64,000 bases of DNA, from the NCBI GenBank assembly GCA_951406725.2, contig OX597817.1, positions 52,142,001 to 52,206,000 on the forward strand, read 5' to 3'. Below are positions 25,567 through 37,179 of this stretch, in pieces. Within the stretch, counting starts at the first letter, position 1. Every line of letters begins with the position of its first letter. Below the pieces are notes generated by a model. The model was not told where the DNA came from and did not search any database. It was given only the letters and a program-made list of their open reading frames with translations. This stretch comes from Octopus vulgaris (Eukaryota). The translations under genes and the position numbers were made by a program.

Positions 25567-26397
25567 TGTGCGCTACCGGCACACAAAGGTAAACGACATG
25601 CAGACTGGATACACTGGCCCGGGAAGAATTGCAATCCCTGAGTCAAAATCAGTGCGTGACCTGGGCATTGACATGAGCAATGATGCATCTTTCCAAGTGC
25701 ATATTACTAATCTGGTGATAAAATGCAGACGGCTAGTTAGATGGATTCTCCGAACTTTCAGAACAAGAGAGGAGACACTGATGGTCCTCAGCCGCTTGGA
25801 CACTGCTCCCAACTATGGTCACCACACAATATAAAACTAACAGCAGAACTCGAAGCAATTCAAAGAAGCTACACAAAGAAGATTGTCTCAATGCAAAATA
25901 TCAGCTACTGGGAAAGACTGAAAGTATTAAACCTCTTCTCCCTAGAGCGAAGGTGGGAGAGATATGCGGTGATATACATCTGGAAAATCCTGGAGGGTCT
26001 TGTCCCAAACTTTGGCATTCAAAGTTACCCCAACCGCAGAACGGGGCGCCTCTGCATGGTGCCAAAGATTCCAACATCACCATCAAAATACAGGACCAGA
26101 TACTGCAACAGCTTGGGTTTCAGAGGACCACAGCTCTTTAACATCCTCCCTAAATGCCTGAGAGACTTGCATGGTGTGGGTGTGGGTTTCTTTAAAACTA
26201 AACTGGATCTCTTCTTGTCGGGGGTCCCAGATGAACCTACCTCACGACAGGAGACACAGATGCGGGCAGCGGCATCGAACTCCCTTGTTGACCAAGTGCC
26301 ACGTATCAGAGGTGGATTCACATATTAGTGTAGCTCATTCAGCGGTGGTGCCCCAGTATGGCCACGGCCTTCGGGCTAAAACATTTTAAAGGATTTA
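25567..26397 (+). mobile_element. 5'-truncated CR1-group LINE (ORF2 C-terminus and 3' end) inserted in a family A SINE
   Basis: Reads VRDLGI..., SQLWSPH...LEAIQRSYTK...SYWERLKVLNLFSLERR.ERY...WKIL.G with one frameshift. SINE halves lie at 25324-25500 and 26620-26790 (-). Confidence 0.85.
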
Positions 26398-27847
26398 TAT
26401 GTACATACCTACATATATATGTATATAGACATGCATATATGGGTACAGGACATCAAAAAACTTTGAACACCATGAGAAACGAAAACATAACAAAAACATA
26501 GAAACGAACTTTTTTCGACCCCCCCCCCCCAAAAAAAAAACTGAGAAACGAGACATACAACATAAAGAATATTCCCCTTCTTCAGTTGTCTGTTTCAAAT
26601 ACTCCGCGTTATATATATATATACAACGGGCTTCTTTCAGTTTCCGTCTACCAAATCCACTCACAAGGCTTTGGTCGACCGGAGACTATAGTATAGTAGC
26701 AGACACTTGCCCAAGATACCATGCAGTGAGACTGAACCCGGAACCATGCGGCTAGGATGCAAGCTTCTTACAACACAGCAACGCCTGTATATATGTGTGT
26801 GTGACCTTGACGAACGTGACAGAGACGTAAAAGTCAGAGTAAAGGTTAAATGAATGCTAACTTTTGAAAGAATGAACTATTTATTGCTGGTGTCTTTTCT
26901 TCTTCTTTTTCGTATCTTACAGAAATAAAAGTACGCGTGTAATAATATGTTTATAATTCTATATATAAATATCAGCTACATATACGACAACAAGATGAGA
27001 AACCAGCTATTGCACAGTCAGCTGCATTAACTAACTGCACATACCTAGGAATATAAACTATTATTATTATTGTTTCACTTGAAAAGGAAGGTGAGAGTAG
27101 AGAGGGAAGTGCTGTCTCGTAGCAAATTTATTGAAAGGTGGGTGAATGTCGGAAGAATGGCCAGTATGAACGGACCAATTCTGAGGTTACACCTGTGACA
27201 AAAAAAAAAAAAAAAAGGTAAATATAAAAGGAGAAAAGGGCTCTCTACCCCCCTTTTGACCAGGCTCCCGTGGTTTTTATGGGTTTTTCCACGAGTAACC
27301 TTTCGAAGCGCCTCTCCCTATTATTTGTTATATTTTTCGTTGTTATCTTGCATTTGTACACAGACTTTTCAAACGGACAAAACCCTTTTGTAAATTTCGT
27401 CCTGTATTTTGTCCTTACATGCTTTATTTGATTTTCGTTAGCCCATGTGGCCAATAAACGAGAATTAATTAATTATTATTATTATAATTGAAGACGTCGC
27501 ACAGTATCCAATATAGTGACGTTGTACAGGAATGAGCAATTTTTCGTGAAGTGGGGGCCGCATCGTACCATTTCCAAGTGGGAGCGGGCGGCGTGATAAA
27601 ACACGTATGCATGAAATATCCCTTGCCCACTTTACACTGAATTTTGTTGCAGTTATTCTTAATTTTATTTGTCTTAGTATGAAATTAGTAACCTAGGAAC
27701 TCGTCAAGGGCCGCAGGTTGTCCATGCATGTGTAGATTGAAGATATTGTGTGTACCAGGGGTTTGTACTGTCTGTCAAGTCACAAGGACTTCAGACAAAC
27801 AGTACTTTACACATTATTGTTATTATGCAAAATTGGATTTGATTTAA

Positions 27848-28238
27848 GGGATCTTTTCGGTTTGAACGGCAGTTTTTTCTAGCGGTGTCATGAAATTGTC
27901 ACCCATAATTATGACCCTAGTATCGATCTATTGCATTTCAATCTATTTTAGGGTTAGGGGTGGGGGAAAGGGTATCTTTTTTTCTTCAGAAATGTAAATA
28001 AACCCAATCTGTTTCTTAAACGAAGGACATATTCATATGGCACAGAATGTTTTCACCTCAATAGACGTCATTGATTGGTTGAAATTGCAGAAAATATCTT
28101 ACAACCTATAGAATTTTTTCAATAAAGCCAAGAGAAAAAGATATTTTATAAACACATTCTACCAGTATACGAAGTTTAAAAGTGTTTAGTTACGTGGAAA
28201 TTATTTTAAAAACCTGCGGTTCAAACCCAAAAGATCCG
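27848..28238. mobile_element. Unclassified MITE with about 28-bp TIRs (GGATCTTTT.GGTTTGAAC.GCAG)
   Basis: Imperfect inverted termini. A related end fragment lies at about 19180-19320. Confidence 0.65.
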
Positions 28239-28846
28239 TACATTGAATATTTGCATTTGATAATTCTAAATTGCTATGTTTAAGTCGAAATTTACATGTA
28301 ACTTTTAATTCTTCATCGATTTATATAAAATTTTATATACATTCTGAGGCAACTTTTATAAGTGAGGTACATTTGTGTTATTTGTCCGCAAGCATGGGTT
28401 ACAGTCTGGGTAGGGGTATATTCTGGGCTGACTGTCTGGATGGGGTATAGTCTGGGCAGGGGTATATTCTGGTCTGTTACGCCAGCTCATTGATGACATA
28501 GTCCGCAAGTGTGGTTTGTGAAGGGGTTGCGATTTTGTATTCACCATCACACTCGCTTCAAAATTAGCGACCGAACTTGTTTGTTAAGCAGACAAATAGA
28601 GTTACGGACCTTGATGACGAGCTTAGTGGCTGCAAGACTTGAAATCATAAATTGCTATATGATAACCAGTATGAGTAGGGCCTTAATGAGCCATTTGCTA
28701 ATTAAGATAAATCCTTTAGAGGTGGAAATAGCATTAACAAATCAAACATTTATGTTGTATGACATTTGACATACATGTATTTGTCTATGTTATTCAAATA
28801 GCCACTGGCTATTTTGAGTTATTTCTCTTAGATCATGTTTGTTTAA

Positions 28847-29439
28847 CCTTTCAGCATTTAAACCTGTCCAAATATTCTACCTGTTTGTTACTAATTTATC
28901 AGTTCAAACCAGCCAGATTTGGCTTCTCACACCTACCCAACAATGTCATCCAAAAATATACATTCACATCTGCAAAATCTCAAACAACAATATAAGGCAT
29001 GATTAATTAAAAATGTCAATAAATATTACATTTACTCTTTTACTTGTTTCAGTCATTTGACTGCGACCATGCTGGAGCACTGCCTTTAGTAGAGTAAATC
29101 GATCCCAGGACTTATTCTTTGTAAGCCTAGTACTTATTCTATCGGTCTATTTTGCTGAACTGCTAGGTTACAGGGACGTAAACACACCAGCATCGGTTGT
29201 CAAGCGATGTTGGGGGGGACAAACAAATACCCCGCAAACACACATATATACGATGGGCTTCTTTCAGTTTCCATTCATCATATCCACTCACAAGGTTTTG
29301 GTTGGCCCAAAGCTATTGTAGAAGACACATGCCCAAGGTGCCACGCAGTGGGACTGAACCCAGAATCGTGGTTGGTAAGCAAGCTACTTACTACACAGCC
29401 ACTCCTGCACCATGACAGGATAATCTGAATACTAAAGGG
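28847..29439. mobile_element. piggyBac-type MITE, family 2, interrupted by a family A SINE (29031-29408, -)
   Basis: TTAA|CCTTTCAGCATT at the left end and ATACTAAAGGG|TTAA at the right. Confidence 0.7.
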
Positions 29440-30496
29440 TTAAATAAATATTATTATTATTATTATTACTACTACTAGAGTCAAGCTAGGGAGAAGAGAC
29501 TGTCTGGATTAAAAATTAACCTATTGTAGTGAGCATCAATGACAAAATTAGCTTGAGAGGCCTAACTTTGCATATAAGAACCAGAGAGATTTTTTGAGAA
29601 TATTTTTATTAGAAAAAGTGAAACTTGTATCCCATCAAATACACAAGTCCATCTATAAGACTTGGGCTGACTTTTTTTTGAGACATTCTTTTGGGAATGA
29701 AGTGTGTTTTGTATCGCATCAAATATGGTAGTACCGCCTGACTGGCCCCCATGCCGGTGGCACGTAAAAAGCACCCACTACACTCTTGGAGTGGTTGGCG
29801 TTAGGAAGGGCATCCAGCTGTAGAAACTCTGCCAGATCAAGATTGGAGCCTGGTGCAGCCATCTGGTTCGCCAGCCCTCAGTCAAAATCGTCCAACCCAT
29901 GCCAGCATGGAAAGCAGACGTTAAACGATGATGATGATGATGGTAAGTGCTACAGATATTTGTGATACACCAGTCACATGAGAGACTGCTTAAAGAAGAG
30001 AGATTATCACAAAACGTTAATGCTCAACAGTAATTGAGGAAAATAAATGCTGTAAAACAAGATATGCAAAACAGAAACAAGACTCATCGAGGTGGAAACA
30101 GACCTGTAAAACGAGATACGAGATGAAATATCGGGAAGACAGAGCAAAGCTGAAAGGGAACGAATGGGCAATATATCAATGTCATTAATTTATTGGTTTG
30201 CAACACTTGTTGGAATAATTGAAGTATTAGTCATTTAAGCATGCTTTAAAACCACAAGGTTTTGAGTTCAGTCCCACTCTGTGGTGCCTGGAACAAGTGT
30301 CTTCTACTATAGACTTGTGAATGGGTTTGGTAGAGAGAAACTGAAAGAAGCCCATCACATAAATGAACACGTATGTATATATCCATGTGTGCCTTTGTGT
30401 TCCTATAACTTAGCAGTTCAACAAAAGAGTCTGTTACACTAAAGTACAAAAAACATAATTTTGAAGCTAAAAGCATTGAATGATACAATCTTTAGT

Positions 30497-31058
30497 GGAT
30501 TGGCTCCTGTGCCAGTGACATGCAAAAAGTACCACCTGAGCATGGTCAATGCCAGTGGTACCTGACTGGCCCCCATGTTAGTGCCACACAAAAAGCATCA
30601 TCTGAGCTTGGTTGGTGCTAGTACTGCTTGATTGGCTCCCATGCACGTAAAAGCACCATCCAAGCATGGTTGATGCCAGTGTCACTTCACAGGCTCCTGT
30701 GCCTGTGGCACATAAAAAGCACCATTCAAGCGTGGTCAATACCAGTGCTGCCTGACTGGCTCACATGCTGGTGGCACATAAAAAGCACCATCTGAGCATG
30801 GTCAACGCTAGTACCGCTTGATTGGCTCTCGTGCCAGTGACACGTAAAAAGCATCTTTCAAGCATGGTTGTCACCAGTGGCACATAAGCACCCAGGACAC
30901 TCTTGGAGTGGTTGGCATTAGGAAGGGCATCAAGCTGTAGAAACCTTGCCAGAACAGATTGAAGCCTGGTGCAGCCTCCTGGCTCGCCAGTCCTCAGTCA
31001 AACCATCCAACCCATGCCAGCATTGAAAGCAGATGTTAAACAATGATGATGATGATGA
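30497..31058 (+). mobile_element. Family B retroposon with 6-7 tandem units of about 65 bp
   Basis: Repeated gtgccNgtggcacNtaaaaagcacc units, followed by the core and the (GAT)n tail. Confidence 0.8.
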
Positions 31059-31280
31059 TTGTGAAAACAATATGCATGCCCCAATGAATGACAGAACATA
31101 GCCTAGTGGCCAGGGAATTGCATTCACAATCGCAAGGTCAGTTTCAGTTCCTGTTTGTGTCCTTAAGTAAAACTTAGTTCCACATTGGCCCAGTCCACTC
31201 AGCTGTAAATGAACAACCACACAATGGATTGATGCTCCATCGAGTGGGGAATGTTGTAATCTCAGTCACTTAAGCACCAT

Positions 31281-31678
31281 TCTTTTCAAATGGCTAATAA
31301 TGTGTGCGTGCACCACTACTACACACATTGGAAAGCATTGTACAACCAAGCACTAAAGAAGATCTTTCCTCCTCCATGAAACAAAGCTGTTCCCGCTGGA
31401 CGTCAACCCAGTATTTCTAAGCTATGGGCTGAGTGATTTGTTGTAAGGTTATCTCCCTAGACAGATTGCCTTCACTACGGCTAAGGAGCCCTTTCTACCC
31501 CACAGACACAGGTTGTACTGGTATAGTTTACCAGAGGGCGCACACTTTCCTCCCTTATGTAATCTCCAGGGATACAGGCATCCAGCAACAGGACCTCCGT
31601 AATGCTATGATGGACCGTGAGGTCTGGCGTGGCACAGTAAATTCCATTGTCTCGACCTCGGTCGAACAATGATGATGA
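31281..31678 (+). mobile_element. Bipartite (internally deleted) non-autonomous RTE-superfamily retroposon
   Basis: 10-bp TSD TAAGCACCAT at 31271-31280 and 31679-31688. The last about 150 nt match the LINE end at 38331-38484. (GAT)n tail. Confidence 0.75.
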
Positions 31679-31890
31679 TAAGCACCATGGAAACCAGAGG
31701 ATTCGAGACAGCAATGTTCACAGGTTGACGATGATGAAGGATTCAAGTTCTTTATTGGCTGTGGGAAGAAAATAGCTCAAAGAAATACAATGCATGCAAA
31801 CATGGAGAAATGGATCTCAAAACAATAATGATACAGGAACACAAATGGAAGACACTGTATAACAGTATCAAAAGAACATAAACAGATATT

Positions 31891-32035
31891 ACCGTTCTAT
31901 ATTTCAGAGATGAGGGATTCCGTACATTATCTACATTGGACTGATATGTGTCCTCAACTTGTTTGTTGTTAACATAACATTTTAGCTGAGATACCCTGCA
32001 GCCTTCATCAGGTGTCCTGGTAGAATTTTGAACTC
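31891..32035 (-). mobile_element. Hammerhead-SINE family, 3' half, decayed
   Basis: Minus strand reads gacac-ctgatga-a-ggctg-cagggtatct-cagct-aaaa-tgtt-atgtt and is colinear with 35215-35349. Confidence 0.7.
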
Positions 32036-32191
32036 AACGAGGACACATATCCGATCAATGTTGATAATTAACAAATATTGCGAGTGTGGAAAATAATGCT
32101 GTAACTCCAACGAAAATTTTAGGAAAATAAAAATAAGTGGAAATTTTACCAATGAGTGTGTTACATTATAAGACAACAGAATATGTTTGTT

Positions 32192-32235
<44 letters not shown>

Positions 32236-32238
<3 letters not shown>

Positions 32239-32416
32239 TAATTCCTTGACCCGTGGTGGGTGAAAATCTGCAAAGTAGAAACAGTACTGTACAGTATATT
32301 TTTTAAAATTGATTTTATAATTTGTATATATTTATTTTACCATAAATGCAAAAGAACACCACGGAGGAATCAGCATAAGCTTAAATAATAAACCATGATA
32401 CAGCAAGATATTACTG
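32236..32416. mobile_element. Tigger/pogo-like MITE in (TA)n
   Basis: Inverted ends CAGTAATTCCTTG and CAAGATATTACTG in a TA context. Confidence 0.55.
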
Positions 32417-33592
32417 TGTATATACATATATATATATATATATATACTAGACTACCTGTGACCCGTTGGATCACTTCGAAAGTCCGAGTTTCCCAGCAAC
32501 GGAGTTTTGTTTCAGGGTTTTTTTTTTTTCTTGGTTATTTCGCATGCTTTCAATGAATATGACATTGAAATCATGCGAAAACAGCACTTTTCCCTGGAAA
32601 AGGAAAGATTTGGCTGCTATTTCTTGTACAACCTACTATCACATAACAGGTATTTCAGGTCCTTTAACTCAAACAGCTGTTACGTGGTAGAAGGGCGTGC
32701 TAGAAATAGCAGCCAAATCTTTGGAGCTGAGATATGTTGAATGCACCCGAAAAAAATTTTTGTAATGGTATTCCCCTGGGGCGATCTTTTTGCTTTGATT
32801 CTCAGAACTGTCATCTGGATCAGCTGGTTTTGTTTGTTAATTTCCGTAAATTTTTTTTTATTTATTTACTTTTGTTTTAAAGTGAAAGAGGAGAAAGTGA
32901 AAGATGTATGAACATGTATATGAAATGGACATGCGTGTGTGTGAGAGAAAGAGTTCCACTTACACATACATGAGAACACAAATGTTCATTCACACATGCA
33001 CACAGATACATACAAAAAAGACATATGCATATGTATTGATGTATGTACGTATACATGACAATACACTGCTCTCACTCTCTTTCACTTATTGTGTACATCA
33101 GAAAGTTGACTTTTTTTTTTGTCTTAGAGAGCAAAAAGACTATGTGTGTATATATGTCACAGATAGACGTAGGTTTGTGTTGATTGACAGGCCATGGCAT
33201 TCACTATATGTGGGTATATTCTGTACGTGTGTTGACGTCATGAGTAAACACAAAAAACTATGGTTACTCGTTTTCATTAATAGAGGACTAAAATGTCACA
33301 AAAATTTGTACTGCACTGCCGAAGGTAAGTATGAAAATAAATATGCAAAAAAATTAAGATAAATATACTATTTCTGAGATATTTCAGGTACACACAAACA
33401 TCCCTTCAGTTTTAGTATTATTAACACACACACACACACATAACAATTGCAGCATGGAAGGTGTTTATAAGCCATTTAAGAAACACACAAAAACCGTTAG
33501 ATTCACTTCAACATTTAAATTTTCGTTCCAGCACAAGATTTCAGATCAGGTCACTTGCTATGCAAGTACATCTCCGTAATATATATATATAT

Positions 33593-33870
33593 ATAGACAC
33601 ACCTCGTGTGCATTTTTGTGTATGTACTACGTATAAAACATATTTGCAAGAAACAGTACAATATAGCATTTATTTTGTTCTTGCCTTCATGTTTACATAT
33701 ATATGACATCTATAAATATACATATATATATATATATATGTATGTATATTTATAGATGTCATATATATGTAAACATGAAGGCAAGAACAAAATAAATGCT
33801 ATATTGTACTGTTTCTTGCAAATGTTTTATACGTAGTACATACACAAAAATGCATACGAGGTGTCTCTAT
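33593..33870. repeat. 278-bp near-perfect palindrome centred on (TA)n
   Basis: The arms are reverse complements with about 2 substitutions and a 2-bp indel outside the microsatellite centre. Confidence 0.9.
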
Positions 33871-35214
33871 GTCTAGATGAATGAAAGTATAATCCAGTGG
33901 CATACACTTGAAAAATTGCAAGGTATCTAACCTAAATTAAAGCTCATTCATCTCCAAGTAGTTCTGACAGTGGAATCTGCACTCAGCCCTGCAAGTTCAC
34001 AAAAACATATTTTAATGATATTGAATACTCTATACTTACCAAATTGAATTACATATCAATAAGAATATCATTTTATACATGGAAATAAACCAGAGTGTGT
34101 GAAGTATCTTCTAGAACATACAGTTAAAACAGTTTAAACCTCTTTCTATCTGTATGACTGGTAACTCAATTGAACCAAATGCAGCCCTTAATATGCCTAT
34201 GAATATAGAGCAAAGATAGAAATTTTCAGAATATTTTAAACCAACATTTGAAATACCCAGCATGACCATTTTTGTCTGGTAAGATAGTTCGTGCAATTAA
34301 AATATTTTTGAAGCCAAAATTAAGAAGCACGCGAGTTTTCTTGGAGCATTGTGATACAGAAATAAAATAACGAAATAATGAAGACAAGAGTTTCTTACTG
34401 TGCTTAAGGGAAAATTTAGAAACCTTTAAATAATTCAGGTACAAAGCGGCTAACCGGCTTCCGTGCCAGTGGCACTTAAAAGGCACCATTAAAGCGTGAT
34501 CGTTACCAGCGTCGCCTTACTGGCACTCGAGCCCCGTGCTAGTAGGGTATTAAGAGCACCATCCGAGCTTGATTGTTGCCAGTGTGGCTATCTGGCCTCC
34601 ATGCCAGTGGCACATAAAAGACACCATTCGAGCATGATCATTACCAGCATCGCCTTACTGGCACCTGCGTCGGTGGCATGTGTAAAGGATTTGAGCGAGG
34701 TCGTTGACAGTAACGCTCGACTGGCACGTAAGAAGCACCCACTAAACTCTCGGAGTGGTTGGCGTTCGGAAGGGCATCCAGCTGTAGAAAATCTGCCAGA
34801 TCAAGATTGAAGCCTGGTGCGGCCATCTGGTTCGCCAGCCCTCAGTCATTCGTCCAACCCATGCTAGCATGGAAAGCAGACGTTAAACGATGGTGATGAT
34901 GATGAAATATCCAGCATCAGAAGTGAATGAAATAAAGAAATCTGAGTCTTTGCAGATCTGGCAATGTTGGTTGTAGTGAAGATAGTGGCACCGTAGGATC
35001 CATGTTGATGGCAGTGAAGTAAGAAGTTTTGTATTCATTATTTTGCTATTTTAAGAAGTTCACAATAACGAAAAGCAGGAATTAAAGAAGGAAAAAAGAA
35101 ATTTGAAAGTCTTTGATTTCTCTGAAAATGATGTTCCAATTTAGGGCTTTCATAATCTCTTACCATTTTTTGTTTATAAAGATGAACTGAGAAGTAAGAC
35201 ACTTGGAAGATAAC

Positions 35215-35605
35215 ACAGTTCTATATTTAAAAGATGAGGAATTATGTATATTATTTACATTTGATCGATATTTGCCCTCATCTTGTTTGTTGTTAACACA
35301 ACATTTCAGCTGATATACCCTCCAGCCTTCATAAGGTGTCTTGGGGAAACCAATACGCCATATGCCCACGGGTATATGGCGTAGTGGTCAAGAGCACAGG
35401 CTATTAACCCCAAGATTCCAAGTTTGATTCCAAGCAGTGACATGAATAATAATAACAACAACATTGAAAAATACAGTAGAAAAGAGAACCCAGGTTTGAA
35501 ATTTCCCCAAGACACCTGATGAAGGCTGGAGGGTATATCAGCTGAAATGTTGTGTTAACAACAAACAAGATGAGAACAAATATCCGTCAAATGTAAATAA
35601 TGTAC
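35215..35605. mobile_element. Head-to-head dimer of a tRNA-headed SINE carrying a minimal hammerhead motif
   Basis: The + copy (35370-35605) has A-box tggcgtagtgg and a decayed B-box. The - copy (35366-35215) is internally deleted. Confidence 0.75.
35511..35556 (+). ncRNA. Type I minimal hammerhead ribozyme motif, Penelope type, CpG-decayed
   Basis: Stem I GACAC/GUGUU, core CUGAUGA, stem II GGCUG/CAGCU, then GAAA-U-GUU. Confidence 0.6.
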
Positions 35606-36809
35606 TTGAAAGACAACTCTCATTTCTCAAAGATACACACTGGTAGCTGTGTTTTTGGAAGATTAAATTCAAAGAAAACTACAAAGTAAAAATAACCAAA
35701 ACAGAGCAAATATTTACACTGCTGAAATGAAAAATAAAATTATTCGACTCTTTAGATACCAAACAGCTTGAGATTGCTCCTGGTCGTAAGAGACAAACCC
35801 CCAGTTTCAAAGTGATCCAAACAAAAACCTTTTGTCAAAATTTCTCGATTATGTTCAAACACTTAGCTTAATAATTCTTTTACTTGTTTCAGTTATTTGA
35901 CTGCAGTCATGCTGGAGCACTGCCTTAAAGGATGTTACTCAAAGAATTTGACTGCAAGACTTATTCTTTGTAAGCCCAGTACTTATTCTATCAGTCTCTT
36001 TTGCCAATCCACTAAGTTACAAGGATATAAACACAGACACACAAAAAAAATATATATACATGACAGACTTCTTCCAGTTTCCATCTACCAAATCCACTCA
36101 CAAGGCTATAGTAGAAGACATATTACCTAAGGTTCCATGCAGTGGGACTGAACTATGTGGTTGGAAAGTGAGCTTCTTAACATTTATTTTATTAAAAGTG
36201 TGAAGGCACGTGGCCTAGTGGTTAGGGTGCTGCACTCACAATCTAGCAATCATGAGTTCGATTCCTGGAGTGCACAGTATGTTGTGCTCTTGAGCCACAC
36301 ACTTCATTTCCTGTTGCTCCAGTCCATTCAACCACGGGTAACCCTGCAATGGCCCAGCCTTTCAATCAGTGGGGAAGCTGGCCTGCTCACACAGCTAGTG
36401 GGGTTGCATCATTTGAAAGTTAAAACAATGAGAGAAGCACACTGTGATCAGTGATGTATAACAACTTCTGATAATAATCGAAACATAGGCAAACACAGGT
36501 AGAGCAGTACTTTCAAAATACTGTAACAAAATGGACAATATACTTTGATGGTCAGTTTAAGGTCTTGATAGAGGAGATGTATAATCAATAGCTATGGCTA
36601 TTTGATCTTATTTTCAGACAAAGAATCTCATATCACAATATGCAATAGTAAATTTTTTTCAAAGATGATGAGTTGTTTGAAGGAAATTTAGCTGCTACGT
36701 GTAGTAGGACATACACTTACACAGAGACCAATCATGTCTTTTTTTTCAAATGTACAATACATCTCAATCAGATGTTTTCTATCCTTTAGTATTCAGATTA
36801 TTCTGTCAA

Positions 36810-37179
36810 GGCGCAGGAGTGGCTGTGGTAAGTAGCTTGCTTACCAACCACATGGTTCTGGGTTCAGTCCCACTGTGTTGCACCTTGGGTAAGTGTCTTC
36901 TACTATAGCCTCGGGCTGACCAAAGCCTTGTGAGTGGATTTGGTAGACAGAAACTGAAAGAAGCCTGTCATATACATATATATGTGTTTGTGTGTCTTTG
37001 TCCCCCCAACATCGTTTGACAACCGATGCTGGTGTGTTTAAATCCCTGTAACTTAGCGGTTCGGCAAAAGATACCGATAGAATAAGTACTAGGCTTACAA
37101 AGTCCTAGGATCGATTTACTCGACTAAAAGGCGGTGCTCCAGCATGGCCACAGTCATGACTGAAACAAGTAAAAGAGTA
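36810..37179 (+). mobile_element. tRNA-derived SINE, family A, full length
   Basis: Head tggctgtggtaag...gggttcagtccc, central TA/TG microsatellite, tail ggcggtgctccagcatggcc...gaaacaagtaaaagag. Other copies at about 4156-4406, 12846-13170, 17326-17620, 17946-18140, 35876-36180, 49205-49612(-), 50124-50512(+) and 54054-54443(+). Confidence 0.85.

Noticed and set aside
30500-30895. CRISPR-like array (palindromic repeat of about 26 nt with spacers of about 35 nt); similar arrays at 9110-9360 and 55697-55990
   Set aside because: The spacers are homologous to each other, the array sits inside a dispersed eukaryotic retroposon, and there are no cas genes.
35370-35445. tRNA gene (also the heads at 15461, 18144, 36810 and 59822)
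   Set aside because: Acceptor and T stems do not pair properly, and each head continues into a repeat body, so these are SINE heads.
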